The notes: generated from the sequence alone by a model not told the origin. Shown: positions 9,035-20,097, counted from the first letter of the stretch. The stretch is 64,000 nt of DNA from Armatimonadota bacterium (GCA_963677485.1 OY781964.1:672001-736000); one strand, 5' to 3'. Numbers and translations are program-made.

Positions 9035-11512
9035 GTGCAATATCGGAAATTAGTCTTCCCCATCATGTTCTTGAGTTACCTATTTGGGCTCACTGTTGGA
9101 TCACATGCTCAGACCAAACCTGGTCTTGGTACCTACACACCAAATGGCGGAGCCGCGCAAAGCTGGAGCATAGATGACTCACACCGACTGATATGGCAAG
9201 GCACCCCATACACGCCGTCATGTTTTAGTTTCACTCCAGAAAGCACCGTTAAGGGCGCGGCAACCGTGGCGGTCGAAAACGACACAGCCAAGCTGAAGGC
9301 GCTGATCGATGCGGGAGTGGCCTCCATATGGCTCGTGCCGAAAAGCAGCCTGGCAGCAGAAGACCCCGTCGCCTGGCAAAAAATCATCGACCAACTGGAA
9401 GCCTCTTCGGTCACATATGGAATAAGCCTGGGTTCCGATACCCTGGCATTGGCCAATGGCTATTCTGTGGCACCGGGCATCAACCGCATGAGCAATGTCA
9501 ATGCCAACGGCATCGTGACATTCCGTGCGCCGAAAGCCACACGAGCCGTCGTCACCTTTGTAGATCCGCACGACTCATCCGCCGGCCCCATGACCAGTGT
9601 CAAAGTGGACCGCGGTGTGGGACGCTACCCCTTACAAGACACACGCACACCCAACGGTGTGGTGCTCATCTATCCCTTTGGCCCACTTGTCGATGAGCAA
9701 GGCTTATTACCGGACATCTGGGATGATTTCGATCGCTGGCGCGACGAGACCTTGATGGTGCTTCAAAAGATAAAGTTCGGCCCTGGCTTACGCTACTTCA
9801 GCGACCCAATTGGGCAATTTACCCCACCCCTTGACGGAGCAGGCTTGATACCAAACAGCCCGATGTACGCCATCGGATTTGAAGCGTATCTGCGGGAAAA
9901 ATACCAGACCGTTGAGAACCTCATGTCCTCATGGAGCATGAGCGAGCGGGACTTTAACAAATTCGGTGATGCGGCACAGCATATTCCATTATGGTGGGGC
10001 ACTAAAGGCCTGAAGTCGATTTGGAATGTCCAAACCAACACATCTCGGCGCGTTGAAGTCAATACTTGCACCATTTGGAGCGACATCAACGGCTATCTGC
10101 AGGTGTCCCTGCGTCAAGCTCAGGACCGTATGGCCTCCATGCTGCACACACAGATCGCAGATGTGCCTGTGCTGGCCAACTGGAAAACACCCGCGAACAG
10201 TTATGTCAACTTGCTGCAACCGACCATAGTGGATGGGCTTATCGTGATCAACACCACGGATGACCGCAACGAAACTGCGAAATCCGTAGCCTACGCCACC
10301 GGACAGGCCAGCGAGAACGTTCGCCCTTATATGTTGTTCCTGGCACAGCCTCCTATGAAGTCGCCGCAGGTGGCGCTCAGCGATCAGACCGCGGCGATAC
10401 CTTTGTATGCATCGGCTGGAGCCAGAGGGTTGATTTGGAGCGGATTAAATGCACCTTCATCAACCGACGTGCAGACATTGAAGAACGCGATGACCCAAAA
10501 CGAAGCGATTCTCGGAACCACCCCTCGTCTTCTCTACTACCCTCGTGAGGCGGAACCCTTCATCGTTCGTAACCAGCTTCCAGGAAGCATCTGGTGGGTG
10601 CCGACGGTCCGTGAAGGCAGCATCGTGGATGTAGGGCCCAACTACCGATCTTATACGATGAAGAGTAACCAGGGCGATGCCCAGGTAATGTGGAGCACCA
10701 CAGAACCACGCAAGACCACGTTCAAACTGCAGGAACCGCGACAGATTAGCATCACCGATGCCGCTGGTTCCGCACAGCAATTTAACCAAAAAGGAAAAGA
10801 CTTCACAGTATTAGTAGATACCTCTCCCTCGGTGTTTCGTGGAGCCGGGATCATCGTGCCGCAGGAATCAGTGCAAGATATCATGATGGAACTGGCCAGG
10901 TTATTGAAGGTCGCCCAGGATCGGAAACTCGACCAGCAAAACGCGAAATACCGCTTGAACCAGGCGCAAGACAACCTGAAAAACGGCCAGATTCTCACAG
11001 CCTATCTGATGGCCAGCTCCACTGTAAATGAGCTGATGAATCAGTTATCTAACTACCTGTGGTTTGAAGCTGAAAACGCCAAAGATACCAACTTTGATGA
11101 CGGCCGTGCTGGGGCTTGGGCGTCTGGCGGCAGCACGCTGCGCTTGAACAACCCCAATGACCCGCAAGCGCGCGGCTACTATGTGCGATACGAGCTGCCT
11201 ATTGCGATGGATGGGCAGTATCACATCTGGATATCGCGGCGTATCAACAACAGCTCACCGCTGGAGTGGACAGTTGATGATGCCGCCCCTGTGCCGGTTA
11301 ACAACGTGCAGCCCGTAGGCACCTATGCCAACGGCTTTGGATGGTATCAACTGGGCACGGTCCGTCTGGCACCCGGGAAGCACAGTGTAGAGATACGCGT
11401 CACCAAACGAGTCGGTGCTTCAGATACCAACTACTGTGCTGAGCTAGACTCTATGTTCATCACACCTGACCCAATCATACCAAACGGGCAACACCGCCCC
11501 ACTGTGGAGTAG
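9035..11512 (+). CDS. Large secreted hypothetical protein, possible glycoside hydrolase-like fold with C-terminal CBM-like domain
   Basis: Signal peptide; FEAYLREKYQTVENLMSSW resembles a GH42-type segment; WFEAE...LAPGKHSVEI beta-sandwich. Confidence 0.55.
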   Translation: MQYRKLVFPIMFLSYLFGLTVGSHAQTKPGLGTYTPNGGAAQSWSIDDSHRLIWQGTPYTPSCFSFTPESTVKGAATVAVENDTAKLKALIDAGVASIWLVPKSSLAAEDPVAWQKIIDQLEASSVTYGISLGSDTLALANGYSVAPGINRMSNVNANGIVTFRAPKATRAVVTFVDPHDSSAGPMTSVKVDRGVGRYPLQDTRTPNGVVLIYPFGPLVDEQGLLPDIWDDFDRWRDETLMVLQKIKFGPGLRYFSDPIGQFTPPLDGAGLIPNSPMYAIGFEAYLREKYQTVENLMSSWSMSERDFNKFGDAAQHIPLWWGTKGLKSIWNVQTNTSRRVEVNTCTIWSDINGYLQVSLRQAQDRMASMLHTQIADVPVLANWKTPANSYVNLLQPTIVDGLIVINTTDDRNETAKSVAYATGQASENVRPYMLFLAQPPMKSPQVALSDQTAAIPLYASAGARGLIWSGLNAPSSTDVQTLKNAMTQNEAILGTTPRLLYYPREAEPFIVRNQLPGSIWWVPTVREGSIVDVGPNYRSYTMKSNQGDAQVMWSTTEPRKTTFKLQEPRQISITDAAGSAQQFNQKGKDFTVLVDTSPSVFRGAGIIVPQESVQDIMMELARLLKVAQDRKLDQQNAKYRLNQAQDNLKNGQILTAYLMASSTVNELMNQLSNYLWFEAENAKDTNFDDGRAGAWASGGSTLRLNNPNDPQARGYYVRYELPIAMDGQYHIWISRRINNSSPLEWTVDDAAPVPVNNVQPVGTYANGFGWYQLGTVRLAPGKHSVEIRVTKRVGASDTNYCAELDSMFITPDPIIPNGQHRPTVE

Positions 11513-11513
11513 C

Positions 11514-12341
11514 TTGCCTGATATGACATTGCCTAAAAAGGAATCGACGACCGTCCGTTTTTTTCGTTCAATAAGAGCGGCATTTGGCCAACTTTTTGAG
11601 TTTCTGGGATACACAACCCTCAGCAGTTTTGTGTGGTACCTGCTATTTGGCCTTTCAGGGTTACTCCAGATATGGCTCTACCGCAACGAACTGGGCTACC
11701 AGGAGTATGCATTCACAGCCATCGCTTGCGGTCTTGTCTCGGTCGGCTTAATGGGCATCATGTGGGGCTGCAACTGTGCCATCACTCGGGAAATCGCCGA
11801 ACATGATATCCCCAGCTTTGGCCTGTACAAAGAGGTCTTCAAGAAGGCCGCCTGGAACAGCCTTCTGCTGGGCCTGCTGCAGGGGTTTGTGTTCCTGGTT
11901 TCATTCGCAGGAATGATCTTCTACTGGATGATGGCCGCGATGGCATTCAAACTTGTGGCTATTGTCTGCTTTTACATCATGCTGATGTGGGCCGCAGCCT
12001 GCATCTACCAGCACCCGCTGCTGATTGAGCACCTGTATGGGGCTTACCAGGGAGAACCGCGGAAGCGCGGTCTGCTGCCCACCATCGTGCAGCGATCTGT
12101 CTATATGATGATGGCTAACCTGCCCTACAGCTTTGCAGCTCTCACCAGTCTTCTCGTGTGGACTGCCCTTTGCGTGGCCACCATCCTCCCCATGGTGCTG
12201 TTCTACCAGGTGGGAGCCGCCGCTTTCGCTACAATATGGACGCGTAAACTGCTGATGAGGTACGATGTTATCACAGACACAGAACTGACCGCAGAACAAG
12301 AGATATCGTCAAAGCCTAATCAAGATCGGAGAAGCCGTTAA
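11514..12341 (+). CDS. Multi-pass membrane protein
   Basis: About 5-6 hydrophobic segments; operonic spacing. Confidence 0.7.
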   Translation: MPDMTLPKKESTTVRFFRSIRAAFGQLFEFLGYTTLSSFVWYLLFGLSGLLQIWLYRNELGYQEYAFTAIACGLVSVGLMGIMWGCNCAITREIAEHDIPSFGLYKEVFKKAAWNSLLLGLLQGFVFLVSFAGMIFYWMMAAMAFKLVAIVCFYIMLMWAAACIYQHPLLIEHLYGAYQGEPRKRGLLPTIVQRSVYMMMANLPYSFAALTSLLVWTALCVATILPMVLFYQVGAAAFATIWTRKLLMRYDVITDTELTAEQEISSKPNQDRRSR

Positions 12342-13283
12342 ATGCCCGACATCACCTGTATAGGAATCCTCGTTGCGGATGTGGTAGGATTGCCCATCGA
12401 CCAAATGCCGGATCGAGGCAAGTTAAGCCTCGTGGACCGCATGGAGCTCCATTCGGGCGGCTGTGCAGCCAATACCGGCATCAGTCTGGCTAAGATTGGC
12501 ATCAACACCGCTGTGATCGGCAGTGTTGGACAGGATGGTTTCGGTGACTTCATGGTCAACACGATGGCGAAGAACGGCATTGATCCGACTGGTATTCACC
12601 GCGACCAGAGCCAGGCCACCAGTGCCACGATGGTGATGGTACACAGCGATGGCGAACGCACCTTTATACACTATCTGGGAGCCAACGCCACCTTCTGCGA
12701 GCACGACATCGATATGAGCATCGTGAATAGCAGTAAGCTGGTGCATATCGCAGGTTCGCTGTTGATGCCCACATTCGACGGGGAGCAGACCGCCACCGTG
12801 TTGAAGAAAGCCAAACAGGCGGGCGTGCTGACAAGCCTGGACACTTGCTGGGACAGCAAGGGCCGCTGGATGGAGCTGATCGCCCCCAGTCTGCCCTACT
12901 TGGATTACATCGTGCCCAGCATCGAAGAGGCTAAAATGCTCACGGGTAAGACTCAACCGGATGATATCGCAAAAGTGCTGATGGACGCCGGCGTGGGATG
13001 TGTAGCCCTGAAGATGGGCAGCGATGGCTGTTATGTTCGCACCGCCACCCAAGAAGTGCGTGTGCCCCGCTTCACCGTCACGGCGATTGACGCCCTGGGA
13101 GCGGGCGACTCCTTTGCTGCCGGCTTCCTTGCCGGTGTCATCAAAGGCTGGGACATGGAACAGACCGCCACCTTCGCCAATGCCGTGGGGGCCTGCTGCG
13201 TAATGGCAGTCGGTGCCACCACCGGCATACGCAACATGGAAGACACACTGCAGTTCATACAAGACTATAAAGCCACGGCTTAA
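12342..13283 (+). CDS. PfkB-family carbohydrate kinase
   Basis: GGCAANT, VGQDGFG, DALGAGDSF. Confidence 0.93.
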   Translation: MPDITCIGILVADVVGLPIDQMPDRGKLSLVDRMELHSGGCAANTGISLAKIGINTAVIGSVGQDGFGDFMVNTMAKNGIDPTGIHRDQSQATSATMVMVHSDGERTFIHYLGANATFCEHDIDMSIVNSSKLVHIAGSLLMPTFDGEQTATVLKKAKQAGVLTSLDTCWDSKGRWMELIAPSLPYLDYIVPSIEEAKMLTGKTQPDDIAKVLMDAGVGCVALKMGSDGCYVRTATQEVRVPRFTVTAIDALGAGDSFAAGFLAGVIKGWDMEQTATFANAVGACCVMAVGATTGIRNMEDTLQFIQDYKATA

Positions 13284-13303
13284 CATAAGGACCACCTGAC
13301 TAA

Positions 13304-15940
13304 ATGCTGACCACACATGAGCTTCGATCTAAATATATAGAATTCTTCGTAAGCAAGGCGCACCTGCACCACGCTTCCGATAGCCTGGTGCCAAATGACC
13401 CGTCGCTGCTGTTTACCAGCGCAGGCATGGTGCAGTTTAAGCCTTATTATATGGGCACGGCGATACCGCCTTCCCGCCGACTAACCACCGCGCAGAAATG
13501 CCTCCGGACCACAGACATCGATGAGGTGGGCGACAACTCGCACCTCACCTTCTTCGAGATGATGGGCAACTTCGCCTTCGGTGACTACTTCAAAAAAGAG
13601 GCCATTGAGTGGGCCTGGGAGTTCCTGACTGAGGTCTTGCAGATATCTGTCAGCCGCTTGCGTGTGACGGTGTTCACCACAGATGAGGAAGCATACGGCC
13701 ATTGGGTTCGAGTTGGTATGCCGGAAAACAAGATATTCCGGTTTGGTGAGAAGAGCAACTACTGGCCGGCTAACGCCATCAGCGATGGCCCCAGCGGTCC
13801 TTGTGGCCCTTGCACCGAGATCTTCTTCGACACCCAGCCAGAGCTTGCACCCACGCCAGACGGCGAATGGGACGATGCCCGCTGGATGGAGATATGGAAC
13901 CTGGTCTTCACACAGTTCAACCGTCAGGATGATGGCAGTATGGAGCCGCTTCCCCAATGCAACATCGACACCGGCATGGGGCTGGAGCGCACCGCCACAG
14001 TGCTGGCCGGAGCTTCCAGTGTGTTCGACACTGACGCCTTCCTGCCGATCATCGCACAGATCGAAAAGTATGGTCATATGACCTACACCCGTTCGCAAAG
14101 TGCCGTGGACATCGCAGTGCGGTTAGTGGCGGATCACGTCCGCAGCACCACGCTCTGCATCGCAGACGGAGTGCTGCCATCCAACGAAGGGCGCGGTTAT
14201 GTGCTCCGCAGGTTGATCCGACGGGCCATCTTGAAGGGCGTCAAACTGCTGGGCTTCACTGAACCGGTGATGGTCTCCCTAGCCCCCACCGTCATTGAAT
14301 GCCTGGGCGACATCTATCCGGAGCTAAACGAACGCCGCACGCACATCCTGGGCACTATGAAGGCCGAGGAGGACAGGTTCCGGCACACCATCGACAGCGG
14401 ATCAGACCGCCTGAACGACATTCTTTCGTCTGAAGATGTGGTAAACAGCAAGAAGCTGGATGGCGCCGTCGCCTTCAGTCTGTATGACACCTACGGTTTC
14501 CCGTATGAGCTGACCGAGGAGTTGGCTGCCGACAAAGGCATCAGCGTAGACCGCGAAAGCTACGATCAGGCCATGCAGCAGCAAAAACAGCGCGCCCGCG
14601 GGGCCAGTGCCATCGCTTCTGCCCTCTTTGGCAACCAGACCGACCTCAAGCACCTGCCCGCATTGGCACGCAGCACCGAGTTCGTGGGATATACCGATGA
14701 AGAGGCCGATGCAGAGATCATTATGCTGCTGTCCGGCACCGAGGCTGTGCAACAGGTCGGTGAAGGTGAGCGCGCTGCGGTGATACTTAATGTGACCCCG
14801 CTCTACGCGGAGTCGGGCGGTCAAGTAGGCGACATCGGCACCCTCTCCGTGGTGAACGGCGCCACTCTGCCGGTTCTGGACACGAAGAAGGTGGACGGCT
14901 GTCATCTGCACCTGGTGGATGTCACCTCAGGTGAACTGCACGTGGGCGACAAACTGCATGCGGTGGTCGATTCCCGCCGAAGGGCCGCCATCAAGCGCAA
15001 CCATACCAGCACGCACTTGCTTCAAGCGGCCCTTCGCCGCGTGGTGGGTGAGCATGTGCATCAGGCCGGTTCGCAGGTGGACGAAGAGCGGTTAAGATTT
15101 GACTTCACCCATACCAGTGCGCTTACCCCCGCAGAAATCGAGCAGGTGGAGCTTCTGGTGAACCAGTATATTCTGGACGGCACCAGCTTGAACATCGTTC
15201 AGGATGTGCCCATCGCCGAAGCGCGTGCCATGGGAGCCATGGCGCTGTTCGGCGAGAAATACGGCAACAGCGTTCGTGTGGTCCAGGTGCCTGGCGTCAG
15301 TATTGAGCTCTGCGGCGGCGTCCACCTGAACAACACCGCTCAGGCGGGTATGTTTAAAATCCTCAGTGAAGCATCGGTCGCTGCCGGTATCCGGCGCATC
15401 GAAGCGGTCACCGGCTGGGGTGTCTACAGCCTGATCACACAGCAGCAGCAGCAAGCGGCGGAAGTAGCCGAGGCTTTGAGGTGCCAGCCAAACAAGCTGG
15501 TGGAAGCCGCCTATAAGCTAAATGAAACACGCAAAGAGCTGGAAACTGCTGTGAAAGAGATGAAAGCGCAACTGGCTAGCCAGAATGTCGACAAGCAGAT
15601 CACTGAGTTCCATGGCCTTAAACTGATGGTCGCCACTCAGCAGAACGTAGAAGCAGACACTCTCAGCTCACTGGCTGATCAGGCACTTGCTGAAGGTATC
15701 GACATCGTGGTGCTGGCCTCCGACAACGGCGAGAAGGTGCTATTCGCCATCAAGCTTAGCGACGCCGCCATCAAGGTCAAGCTGCATGCCGGAAACATTG
15801 TGCGCAACCTGGCCAAAATGACCGGTGGAGGCGGAGGCGGGCGGGCCGACTTTGCCCAGGCAGGCGGGAAAGACGCCACCAAGCTGCCCGGTGCCCTGGC
15901 TACCGTACCTACGGCACTGGAAGCGATGTATCAAGCGTAA
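13304..15940 (+). CDS. alaS: Alanine--tRNA ligase
   Basis: DPSLLFTSAGMVQFK, HLTFFEMMGNF, NHTSTH, ELCGG, GGGGG..FAQAGG. Confidence 0.99.
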   Translation: MLTTHELRSKYIEFFVSKAHLHHASDSLVPNDPSLLFTSAGMVQFKPYYMGTAIPPSRRLTTAQKCLRTTDIDEVGDNSHLTFFEMMGNFAFGDYFKKEAIEWAWEFLTEVLQISVSRLRVTVFTTDEEAYGHWVRVGMPENKIFRFGEKSNYWPANAISDGPSGPCGPCTEIFFDTQPELAPTPDGEWDDARWMEIWNLVFTQFNRQDDGSMEPLPQCNIDTGMGLERTATVLAGASSVFDTDAFLPIIAQIEKYGHMTYTRSQSAVDIAVRLVADHVRSTTLCIADGVLPSNEGRGYVLRRLIRRAILKGVKLLGFTEPVMVSLAPTVIECLGDIYPELNERRTHILGTMKAEEDRFRHTIDSGSDRLNDILSSEDVVNSKKLDGAVAFSLYDTYGFPYELTEELAADKGISVDRESYDQAMQQQKQRARGASAIASALFGNQTDLKHLPALARSTEFVGYTDEEADAEIIMLLSGTEAVQQVGEGERAAVILNVTPLYAESGGQVGDIGTLSVVNGATLPVLDTKKVDGCHLHLVDVTSGELHVGDKLHAVVDSRRRAAIKRNHTSTHLLQAALRRVVGEHVHQAGSQVDEERLRFDFTHTSALTPAEIEQVELLVNQYILDGTSLNIVQDVPIAEARAMGAMALFGEKYGNSVRVVQVPGVSIELCGGVHLNNTAQAGMFKILSEASVAAGIRRIEAVTGWGVYSLITQQQQQAAEVAEALRCQPNKLVEAAYKLNETRKELETAVKEMKAQLASQNVDKQITEFHGLKLMVATQQNVEADTLSSLADQALAEGIDIVVLASDNGEKVLFAIKLSDAAIKVKLHAGNIVRNLAKMTGGGGGGRADFAQAGGKDATKLPGALATVPTALEAMYQA

Positions 15941-15992
15941 TATAAACAGAGCACATATGGTGTCTCTCTCACTTTAAGGAAGGTTACATACG

Positions 15993-16760
15993 ATGAAACA
16001 TCGATATCTCAATATCACGCTGCTTGGGTTGGCGATCACGCTGCTCAGCAGCAGCAGCTTCGCACAAGATGGTAAACAGCTCATGAAAAAGACTGTGAAC
16101 CTCTATGCAAAGGCGAAATCCATCAAGACGGTCATGATCACAAGATCAAGCATGAAGATGGGCGACAAGTCACGCAATGATGCCATGAAACTCGTCAGCG
16201 CATACCAGCAACCCGACAAGTTCCATTTTGAAATTGGTCCTGTCAGTGGTAAAGCCACAGCAATCATCGTAAGCAACGGAACGTTAATGACCGTGTATGA
16301 CGCCAAAAAGAACACATATTTCCAGATCAAGCCCAGTGGCCAAGCCGGACCGCAAGCACCTGTCGCTGGAAAACCAGAACAGACAGTTCAGTTCCTGGCG
16401 ATGCTGTTTCCAGCGACGCCAAAGGTGAAGTCCGTTGGCAGCAACTACGTGTTGACCAACACCAGCACTCAGTCCAACGATGACACCAAACAGAATTTGA
16501 ACAAGGCGCTGACCGTTGATAAGAGCTCAGGTCAGATCCGATCGATCAATGTTGATATGGTGATGAGTAGCAAGAGCCGCAGTATGGTGACACACCAGAA
16601 CTTCACGGTGGTATCGCAAAGCATTAACTCCTCCATCAACCCATCGGATTTCAGGTTCGTAGTACCAAGTGGAGCCAAGAAGATTGAAGCTCCAAAACCG
16701 CCAGCAGGTGGGCCCGGAGGGCCGGGGAAACCAGGACTTCCAGGCGGACCAGGACGCTAG
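15993..16760 (+). CDS. LolA-like/DUF2092 exported protein
   Basis: Signal peptide, IVSNG..TVYD, FRFVVPSGAKK, Pro/Gly tail. Confidence 0.7.
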   Translation: MKHRYLNITLLGLAITLLSSSSFAQDGKQLMKKTVNLYAKAKSIKTVMITRSSMKMGDKSRNDAMKLVSAYQQPDKFHFEIGPVSGKATAIIVSNGTLMTVYDAKKNTYFQIKPSGQAGPQAPVAGKPEQTVQFLAMLFPATPKVKSVGSNYVLTNTSTQSNDDTKQNLNKALTVDKSSGQIRSINVDMVMSSKSRSMVTHQNFTVVSQSINSSINPSDFRFVVPSGAKKIEAPKPPAGGPGGPGKPGLPGGPGR

Positions 16761-16774
16761 GGACGCCCTGATTT

Positions 16775-17503
16775 ATGCCGATTGAAGACATCCAAACAGC
16801 CATCGTGACAGGAGCAGGACGCGGCATCGGTCGCGCCTGCTCCGTGGCACTGGCAGCACATGGTGTGAAGAACCTGTTGCTGACAGCCCGCACACAGCAT
16901 GAGCTAGACGAAACAGCTTCCCTCTGCCAGCAATACCAATGTCGCACCATTTGTCTCAGCATGAACATCGCCGACGATGACACACCTGACAAGCTGGTAT
17001 CGACTGCGCTCAGCCAGTTCGGCCAGATCGATCTGCTGGTGAACAACGCAGGCGTAGCCCATTTCGTGCCTCTGGTAGAGACATCAGATGAACTATTCGA
17101 TGACCACTATTTGGTCAATCTGCGCGCACCCTTCAGGCTTAGCCGTGAAGTCATCAAACATATGATGCCTCGCAAGGCGGGTGCCATCATGAATATCGCC
17201 AGCTCTGCCTCCCTCAAACCATACAAGAACCAGGGATCATATGCCGCTAGTAAATACGCATTGTTGGGCATGACCCAAAGCTGGGCGATCGAGCTGCGGC
17301 CGTACCGCATCAAGATGAGCTGCATCTGCCCAGGTGGAGTGAACACCCGCCTTTCAGATGAAAGTCACGCTAACAGAGATAAGACAGGTTGGATTCAGCC
17401 AGAGGACATCGCGGATGGCCTGATCTACTGGCTGCAGCAGCCCGACAACATCACCACCGATGTCATCACCATCAGGCGATTCGATTCGGAGCCGTTATGT
17501 TAG
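16775..17503 (+). CDS. SDR-family oxidoreductase
   Basis: TGAGRGIG, NNAG, YAASK. Confidence 0.95.
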   Translation: MPIEDIQTAIVTGAGRGIGRACSVALAAHGVKNLLLTARTQHELDETASLCQQYQCRTICLSMNIADDDTPDKLVSTALSQFGQIDLLVNNAGVAHFVPLVETSDELFDDHYLVNLRAPFRLSREVIKHMMPRKAGAIMNIASSASLKPYKNQGSYAASKYALLGMTQSWAIELRPYRIKMSCICPGGVNTRLSDESHANRDKTGWIQPEDIADGLIYWLQQPDNITTDVITIRRFDSEPLC

Positions 17504-17525
17504 TGAGTTTTATGAAGGTGCGGCG

Positions 17526-18338
17526 ATGAGCCTCAACCACAACCAAGATCATCTTCCCGATGTCGCGGCTGGCAAAGACACGCGTGAGATACACATTCCA
17601 AGCGTCGGTGTGCGTAAACTGCGGATGCCCTGCCAGGTTATCTGCACAAACAGTGCTGTCATGCCCACAGTGGCGGAATTCGAGCTCACGGTTTCGCTGG
17701 AAGCTTCTGATCGGGGTACTCACATGAGCCGGCTTGTGAGCATTGTTGACGAAACCTGCCAGTCCCCTATTACTCTGGAAGCGTTAAAGCAGACGGTGAC
17801 ACAAGCTGCTGCTGCTCTGGACACTCATTCGGCACAGATCAAGATGTGTTTCCCATATTTCGTGCGTAAAGAGGCACCGGTGACCGGTAGCTCTGGGCTT
17901 CTCGATGTCGACATACAATGGAGCGTCCAATTATCCAGCGAAGACTATTCCCAGCAGTTGATGCTGCTGGTACCGGTGCAGTCGGTCTGTCCTTGTAGCA
18001 AAGAGGTGTCTGAATATGGTGCGCATAACCAAAGGTGCCTGATTCAAGTGACGCTAGATATCTCTTCGGATGCGCCTGCAGTCAATATAGATGAGATCAT
18101 CACCGGAATCGAGGCAAGCGCCAGCATGCCCCTCTTTTCCGCGTTAAAGCGGGAAGACGAACGCTATGTCACCGAGTCGGCGTACGAAAACCCGAAATTC
18201 GTGGAAGACATCCTGCGTGATCTGGTGCTGTTCCTTCGGACACTGACCGGTATCACTGGCTTCCATATCGATGTTGAATCAATAGAATCCATACACAACC
18301 ACAACGTCTGCGCGAGCATTGAGGAGAGTCTGGCTTGA
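17526..18338 (+). CDS. folE2: GTP cyclohydrolase IB
   Basis: GTHMSR, CPCSKE...GAHNQR, KREDE..VTE.AYENPKFVED, ESIHNH. Confidence 0.95.
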   Translation: MSLNHNQDHLPDVAAGKDTREIHIPSVGVRKLRMPCQVICTNSAVMPTVAEFELTVSLEASDRGTHMSRLVSIVDETCQSPITLEALKQTVTQAAAALDTHSAQIKMCFPYFVRKEAPVTGSSGLLDVDIQWSVQLSSEDYSQQLMLLVPVQSVCPCSKEVSEYGAHNQRCLIQVTLDISSDAPAVNIDEIITGIEASASMPLFSALKREDERYVTESAYENPKFVEDILRDLVLFLRTLTGITGFHIDVESIESIHNHNVCASIEESLA

Positions 18339-19312
18339 AAAGATGCATTGCCATCGTCACCTGCTTTTTGGTGCACAGCCTGCTGATGGCCTCACCCCAA
18401 CCCAGCGTGCGCAATTCCCAAGCCAGTGATCCCACTTACCGTTGGAATTTCAGCTATGTCGTGCGGATGCGTGATACAGAGACAGGCCAGTTTGACAACA
18501 CCATTCAAGTGCATACCCAATCCACCGCCTCTGTCGAGTTGGCACAGCAGACCCTCACCGCAGCTTCGGGTATGGTTCAACTGCTGAAAGACCACCTCGG
18601 ACGCATGTTCCGCATATCGGAGTCGGGCAGCCTGCATATCTGGCTATGCGAAAATGGTGAAAGCGGCGGGCAGCTCAGCAAGGATAACCTCTACATTTTC
18701 AGCATAGGGAAAGAACGGACTGCTGCTCAAAGGTGCCGTGAGCTGTCTCATGAGTTGGGGCATTCGGCATTACCTGGCATCAGCGGATACACCGAACCTG
18801 AGCCCTGGGCCAACGGATACCTCGGTGAACAGATGCTGCTCAGGTGGTTGGACCAGACCATGAAGGACGGCACCGCGAAACCAGAGCAGTATTTTGGTGC
18901 CGCCCCCAAAGAGATCACCGAGATGGTGACCAGCCGGTACGAAAATCTGTTGGCCGCCTGGCGTAACGGGCAGTTCACTGAAACGGATTTGAACCGCCGT
19001 GACTCCGTGGGCATGAAGGCACTGATTGGATTCGTGGCGTATATTCAGACCACTTACGGCGACGACATACTTTCGGAAAGCTTCCGACGGCTCATGGCAC
19101 CCACTTCGCTTGAACTTCTGTCGGCTTTCAAGCGAAGCGTCAACGACTCGCTTCCAAGCAAGTTGATGATATCGCAACCCACTAGAATCTATTTACCAGT
19201 GTGCCGAGTCAGAATGGGTATAACACCTGAACAGATACTCAAGAAACCGGAATGGCGAAAAGTGAATGCTGCTCCTTCTGCGCCGGTCGAAGTCAGCCTG
19301 CGGCAAAAATGA
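18335..19312 (+). CDS. Secreted putative zincin metallopeptidase
   Basis: Signal peptide, HELGH motif. Confidence 0.55.
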   Translation: MKRCIAIVTCFLVHSLLMASPQPSVRNSQASDPTYRWNFSYVVRMRDTETGQFDNTIQVHTQSTASVELAQQTLTAASGMVQLLKDHLGRMFRISESGSLHIWLCENGESGGQLSKDNLYIFSIGKERTAAQRCRELSHELGHSALPGISGYTEPEPWANGYLGEQMLLRWLDQTMKDGTAKPEQYFGAAPKEITEMVTSRYENLLAAWRNGQFTETDLNRRDSVGMKALIGFVAYIQTTYGDDILSESFRRLMAPTSLELLSAFKRSVNDSLPSKLMISQPTRIYLPVCRVRMGITPEQILKKPEWRKVNAAPSAPVEVSLRQK

Positions 19313-19417
19313 TGCCGTTCGGTACTCACCATCGGCTGAAATGACGCAAACAAGCATACTGGTGTGGTACCATCACCTCAGGTGCATACAGAAATACACA
19401 CTACGAACAGGATAAAT

Positions 19418-19711
19418 ATGGGCTCAGTAGAGGAACTAATCAAACAGAATCGTCATGACGAACCAAGTTCTGAGCAACTTCGGCTTGATGTGGTGGCACT
19501 TCGGCAGCGAATCAGGGGTCTAATACAGGATAACAGCCAGAATGATGACCGGATGCTTAAGCAGTTGCGCGAAAACCTGCGATTGCTGGAGCAAGAAATG
19601 CTGATTGCAGAGTACATTGAAGACTGCATACGCGTGACATTCAATGAAAACAATATACAAGCTGCGTTGAATGGTGATGATTCATCAGACTACGACAGCC
19701 AGGGGGAATAG
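19418..19711 (+). CDS. Small coiled-coil hypothetical protein
   Basis: AGGA-preceded ATG; abuts the ASCH gene. Confidence 0.55.
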   Translation: MGSVEELIKQNRHDEPSSEQLRLDVVALRQRIRGLIQDNSQNDDRMLKQLRENLRLLEQEMLIAEYIEDCIRVTFNENNIQAALNGDDSSDYDSQGE

Positions 19712-20062
19712 ATGTTTGCCATTAACTTCTATCCGGAACTATATGAATCTGTTCTAAAAGAGGGTCGTAAGACTGTCACTATCCGCTTGGGTGATAAGGC
19801 CTGCAAGTATCAATCTGGCCAGATAGTATGGCTTACCGTGGGACACAGGTTCTCACGACGCACCAAACTGTTCTCGGCTGTGCTGGATAGGGTTGAAGTC
19901 AAGCCGATCTCAGACCTTAGTCCGCGCGATATATCGCGGGAAAACAGCCAATTCCGGACTCCTGAGGATGTTCGGGATCTTCTAGAACGAATACACGATC
20001 GCCCGATCGCTCTTCAAGAGCTGGTCACAGTGATCTACTTCTCCGCAATTGATGGCGCATAA
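19712..20062 (+). CDS. ASCH-domain protein
   Basis: GRKTVTIR motif (GxKxxTxR). Confidence 0.85.
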   Translation: MFAINFYPELYESVLKEGRKTVTIRLGDKACKYQSGQIVWLTVGHRFSRRTKLFSAVLDRVEVKPISDLSPRDISRENSQFRTPEDVRDLLERIHDRPIALQELVTVIYFSAIDGA

Positions 20063-20097
20063 CAGCATGCAACCAAATCCAGGAGTGCATACATAAA

